A stretch of DNA of 48,303 nucleotides from Patescibacteria group bacterium (GTDB taxonomy: Bacteria > Patescibacteriota > Patescibacteriia > JACRDY01), in NCBI GenBank assembly GCA_041653535.1, contig JBAZFH010000004.1, forward strand, positions 73,271 to 121,573. The letters run 5' to 3'. Both the position numbers and the translations under genes were made by a program. Positions 45,274 to 48,303 of the stretch are shown here, in pieces (position 1 is the stretch's first letter; each line of letters opens with the position of its first letter). The notes below the pieces were generated by a model. The model was not told the origin of the DNA. It was given only the letters and a program-made list of their open reading frames with translations, and did no database searches.

Positions 45274-46884
45274 CTAATATATTTCTTCTTTCTTTTCTCT
45301 CATAAAAGAAAACCAGTCCTCCAATACCTCTAAAATAATCTTTAACGGCGCTTCAATAATAAAATCCATGATAAAAACAAAAACGTTTATTTTAGACAGT
45401 TTAACCGAAAGCCACCTTCCCAGCCGTACTATTGGTAAAGAAAAAAAATCAAACAAAAGATTGATAAATCCTTCGCGGTTGTCCAAAACTATCAATTCAC
45501 GAGCGCGCAAACGAATATTGATGGCAAAAAAACTGACAATACAAAGAAAGAAAATAAAGATTCCACCGGAAAGAATATTGAAATGAATTTTATTCAAGAA
45601 CCAAATCACCACACCAAAAGTAATGCCGTATGTAATAAGGTAAATGATATTGAAAAAAAATCTGGTTATCGTTCCGCGACCCAAGCCGTGCCGAATATGA
45701 TATTTTTTTTGTTCCGTCCCCTCTTTCTGATAAACAATATCCTTGATTTCATGAATAATTTTTTCCGTATTTTTTTGTTTAGGCAAACGAATTAATAAAC
45801 TGATTGCCAGCATCAACACCGGCGGAAATAAAACGTTGATTAAAATCGAGCTGTAATTAAGACCCTGCTGCAAAAAATATTCAAAAGGTATTTCCAGCAA
45901 CATTGCCAAAACCATTTTAGTGATAAAAATATAAATCACACTACGAACAACCGAACGGACGACTTTTATCCGAATCTCCTTGTAACGCTGACTACAAACA
46001 GTGGCAACTTCTTCGGTTAAAACCCTAGGATGGGTAACAATATCTTCTATCCGATCCCTATTTTTTGCCAATACTTCTCGTAAAATCAAAAAATATACTG
46101 CATAACGACGACCGATCTTGTTTAGCTTGTTACGCAATGGATGGGATAAATATTTTTCCATCCGCGATTGCTCTACGTTCCAATTTTGCACCAGCCGTTC
46201 AACGTCTTGCAAGTTCGGATCGCTGCCAAAAAAATTTGGATAGAATTGAGATAATAAATAATAATGCAAAATACCTTCGTCGGATTTGAAAAAACTCTTT
46301 AGTGCAGTAAGATTGAAAAGTATATCTTGGTTCTTTTCGTTGACTCCCGAAGGCAGTTCGATATCGCGCTTCAGAACCTTTGTCATCGCAATAATCGAAG
46401 CCTGTCTTTCCCGAAAATCAAACAAATAATCTTCTACTTCACATGCTGCAATCTGCAAAAACCAAATAAACAACCGCCGCGCGAAACGACCTTTGTAATA
46501 TTTATCTATAAATTTTTCTATCGTCAAATATTTTTCCAAAAGTCTGTCCAGTCCATGAGCGCTACTTTCCAAAATAGTATTATTTGGCAAATGATTAATA
46601 CGGATCAAATCTTGAATCAGGTGCAAACCCAGCCCATCAACTCGTCCTTCGATAGAAATTAATCTTTTCATTATGCGAAATATCGCGTTTTTGCGGATTA
46701 AATGCTCGTCATTATAATCAACAACGTTGCGTAATTTTTCATAAATCAAAGACACCCGACCAATTGCTTGATTAACCCTAATCTTTGAATCATCTTCGGC
46801 AACAGCAGTCTCTAACGAGTTTTCAACTTTAAAAACTTTAACCATTTTGGCGATAAAGCTGGGAACAAAAACTTTTTCCGTCAT
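45274..46884 (-). CDS. hypothetical membrane protein (soluble N-domain of about 300 aa plus about 5 C-terminal TM helices)
   Basis: 536-aa ORF. Hydrophobic helices start near residue 310. Family not recognised with confidence. Confidence 0.75.
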   Translation of the reverse strand: MTEKVFVPSFIAKMVKVFKVENSLETAVAEDDSKIRVNQAIGRVSLIYEKLRNVVDYNDEHLIRKNAIFRIMKRLISIEGRVDGLGLHLIQDLIRINHLPNNTILESSAHGLDRLLEKYLTIEKFIDKYYKGRFARRLFIWFLQIAACEVEDYLFDFRERQASIIAMTKVLKRDIELPSGVNEKNQDILFNLTALKSFFKSDEGILHYYLLSQFYPNFFGSDPNLQDVERLVQNWNVEQSRMEKYLSHPLRNKLNKIGRRYAVYFLILREVLAKNRDRIEDIVTHPRVLTEEVATVCSQRYKEIRIKVVRSVVRSVIYIFITKMVLAMLLEIPFEYFLQQGLNYSSILINVLFPPVLMLAISLLIRLPKQKNTEKIIHEIKDIVYQKEGTEQKKYHIRHGLGRGTITRFFFNIIYLITYGITFGVVIWFLNKIHFNILSGGIFIFFLCIVSFFAINIRLRARELIVLDNREGFINLLFDFFSLPIVRLGRWLSVKLSKINVFVFIMDFIIEAPLKIILEVLEDWFSFMREKKEEIY

Positions 46885-46888
46885 ATTT

Positions 46889-47305
46889 TTACTTTTTTTT
46901 AGCTGTAGTAATATTCGGTTTTTGGTTATAAAACGGATGAACCATGCTAAAACTACTTTTATCTTTTAAAATCTCTATACCGTCAGCAACCAATTCTTCC
47001 AAACTAGAATATTTTTTGGAATATCTCAAACCAATGACTGGTATATCTAAGGCATACCCCATGGTATTTGCCAATATCACACCTAAACGAACTGAGGAAA
47101 AACCACCCGGACCGGTAACAACAATTACGCCTTTTAAATCTTTAAATTTTATTTTATTTTTTTTCAAAACCCGATCAACTAAAAATAGCAGTTTTTCCGC
47201 CTGCGACCGACCAACCACCAGTCCTTGTCGATCAATTATTTTTCTTCTTTTTGCCAGACCAACCATTAAACGATCGCTAACCGTTGTATTGATAATCAAA
47301 ATCAT
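46889..47305 (-). CDS. tsaB: TsaB/YeaZ-like protein, short form
   Basis: GVIVVTGPGGFSSVRLGVILANTMGYALDIPVIG matches the TsaB N-terminal domain. At 138 aa the C-terminal half is missing. Confidence 0.6.
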   Translation of the reverse strand: MILIINTTVSDRLMVGLAKRRKIIDRQGLVVGRSQAEKLLFLVDRVLKKNKIKFKDLKGVIVVTGPGGFSSVRLGVILANTMGYALDIPVIGLRYSKKYSSLEELVADGIEILKDKSSFSMVHPFYNQKPNITTAKKK

Positions 47306-47308
47306 ATT

Positions 47309-48303
47309 TTATTGACGAAACAATACTTCCGTAGGAATAGTAGTGCTTTCGTCGCCCCAAGACAGTTTCATGTAAGCACCACCGTTTTTTTCGTAATATT
47401 CTACCTTGATATCATGCCGACCGCGAGTAAGCGTTATCTGCCCACTCTTACAGGTTACGCGATGACTAGACCAATTATCCACCACCTGCGTACCGTCTAT
47501 ATACAAACGCGAGCCATCATCGGAGCAAGTATAAAAAGTATAATTTTTTTCTTCGGGAATATTAATCTGTCCGGTCCATCTCACCGAAAAATAATCATCA
47601 TTAAGATACTGATCATCGGGATTACCGCTGCCCCAAGAAAAATTTATATTTTTATCGGTTCTGGTAAACTCTTTGGTTTTGAAATCACTACCAGTATAAT
47701 AATCTCCTTTTAATCCCGAATTAGTATATACGCCTTCTTCTTCATTTTTACGGTAATTTATTAAATCATCAGCTTCATCGACGATCAAAGTCTGAGCTGT
47801 GTCAGCTAATGCCACCTTGTAAACGTCAATATCTGCTCCGGCTGGATACAACACGTTTTGATAAGCAACATCGCTAATGAAGTTTTTATTGAAATGATAA
47901 CCATCCCAAGAAACAAGCGAAACAAACTTACGGCTATAACCATTAGTTAATAAATAGTAATCGTCCGGTTCTCCTTGGTAACGAAAAACCATACCGGTAG
48001 GATGACGATTATCTTTTAACACTCCGCCGTCTTTATAATCCTGGTAAAGCGAATCAGGCAAATCTATCACCCGCCCCTTCCAATCGGTTCCAAATAACAA
48101 CTCCGCTTGAGCGGGACTACTTATATGCTTAATAACACCGGCTGGCTCAACCGCATAAACTTTTGGATCGCTAATAAGTTTCATTAAGTAAGTTCCCGGT
48201 CTAAGTTTTATATTTTGCCCCAAACTCAACTCAGATAGTTGCGAATTAGTAACCGTACGGATATTATTAAAATCTTTATCCAGGAAAAATATATCTTTTC
48301 GTT
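47309..48303 (-). CDS. PA14 domain-containing protein, 5' end outside the window (partial)
   Basis: C-terminal GLKGDYYTG...DYFSVRWTGQI...YTFYTCSDDGSRLYIDG is the PA14 signature. The frame stays open from 48229 to the window edge, and the ORF-track M at 48229 is an internal TTG. Confidence 0.8.
   Translation of the reverse strand, partial: RKDIFFLDKDFNNIRTVTNSQLSELSLGQNIKLRPGTYLMKLISDPKVYAVEPAGVIKHISSPAQAELLFGTDWKGRVIDLPDSLYQDYKDGGVLKDNRHPTGMVFRYQGEPDDYYLLTNGYSRKFVSLVSWDGYHFNKNFISDVAYQNVLYPAGADIDVYKVALADTAQTLIVDEADDLINYRKNEEEGVYTNSGLKGDYYTGSDFKTKEFTRTDKNINFSWGSGNPDDQYLNDDYFSVRWTGQINIPEEKNYTFYTCSDDGSRLYIDGTQVVDNWSSHRVTCKSGQITLTRGRHDIKVEYYEKNGGAYMKLSWGDESTTIPTEVLFRQ

Overview
AT-rich, very gene-dense 48.3-kb chromosomal segment. 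About 50 CDS and 2 tRNAs, nearly all on the minus strand. Standard genetic code (TGA is used as a stop).

Core content:
- A complete F1Fo ATP synthase operon (atpZ-like, then atpB-E-F-H-A-G-D-C).
- A str-type cluster, rpsL-rpsG-fusA-[extra ORF]-tuf-rpsJ, which ends abruptly after rpsJ.
- An isolated rplJ-rplL pair behind a leader/attenuator.
- mraZ-rsmH-ftsL-like.
- tgt, rsmI, tatD, tpiA, rpmB and a short tsaB.
- A type IV pilin-like protein, an FG-GAP/L,D-transpeptidase fusion, a PA14 protein and a membrane-anchored ClpC-like ATPase.
- A GGDEF cyclase, an M16 and an M50 peptidase, and a superoxide reductase with an unlisted desulforedoxin mini-gene.

The shortened proteins, broken ribosomal clusters and many Shine-Dalgarno-less starts fit a reduced-genome anaerobe of the Patescibacteria/CPR type. 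That placement is inference, not proven.

No CRISPR array, rRNA, transposase or integrase was seen.

Most unusual signals:
1. A lexA locus (383-4309). Its promoter carries a GTTC-N7-GTTC direct repeat between -35 and -10. It is divergently paired with a strikingly GC-rich, apparently foreign orphan gene, and sits next to an uncharacterised plus-strand envelope operon.
2. A dispersed intergenic repeat family built from 7-nt phased CTAACCA/CTACCAG units. These abut start codons (atpC, atpD, rpmB, lexA) and are often paired with a complementary purine-rich arm and an A/U loop.
3. A GC-rich structured element of about 120 nt that copies the last 18 nt of tRNA-Tyr (20-nt identity with the 2 flanking bases) and its terminator but is not a tRNA.
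4. A split, order-inverted desulfoferrodoxin.
5. A 10-bp phased GTGG array over the mraZ promoter.

All coordinates and motifs were read by eye from the sequence. No database search or folding computation was run.
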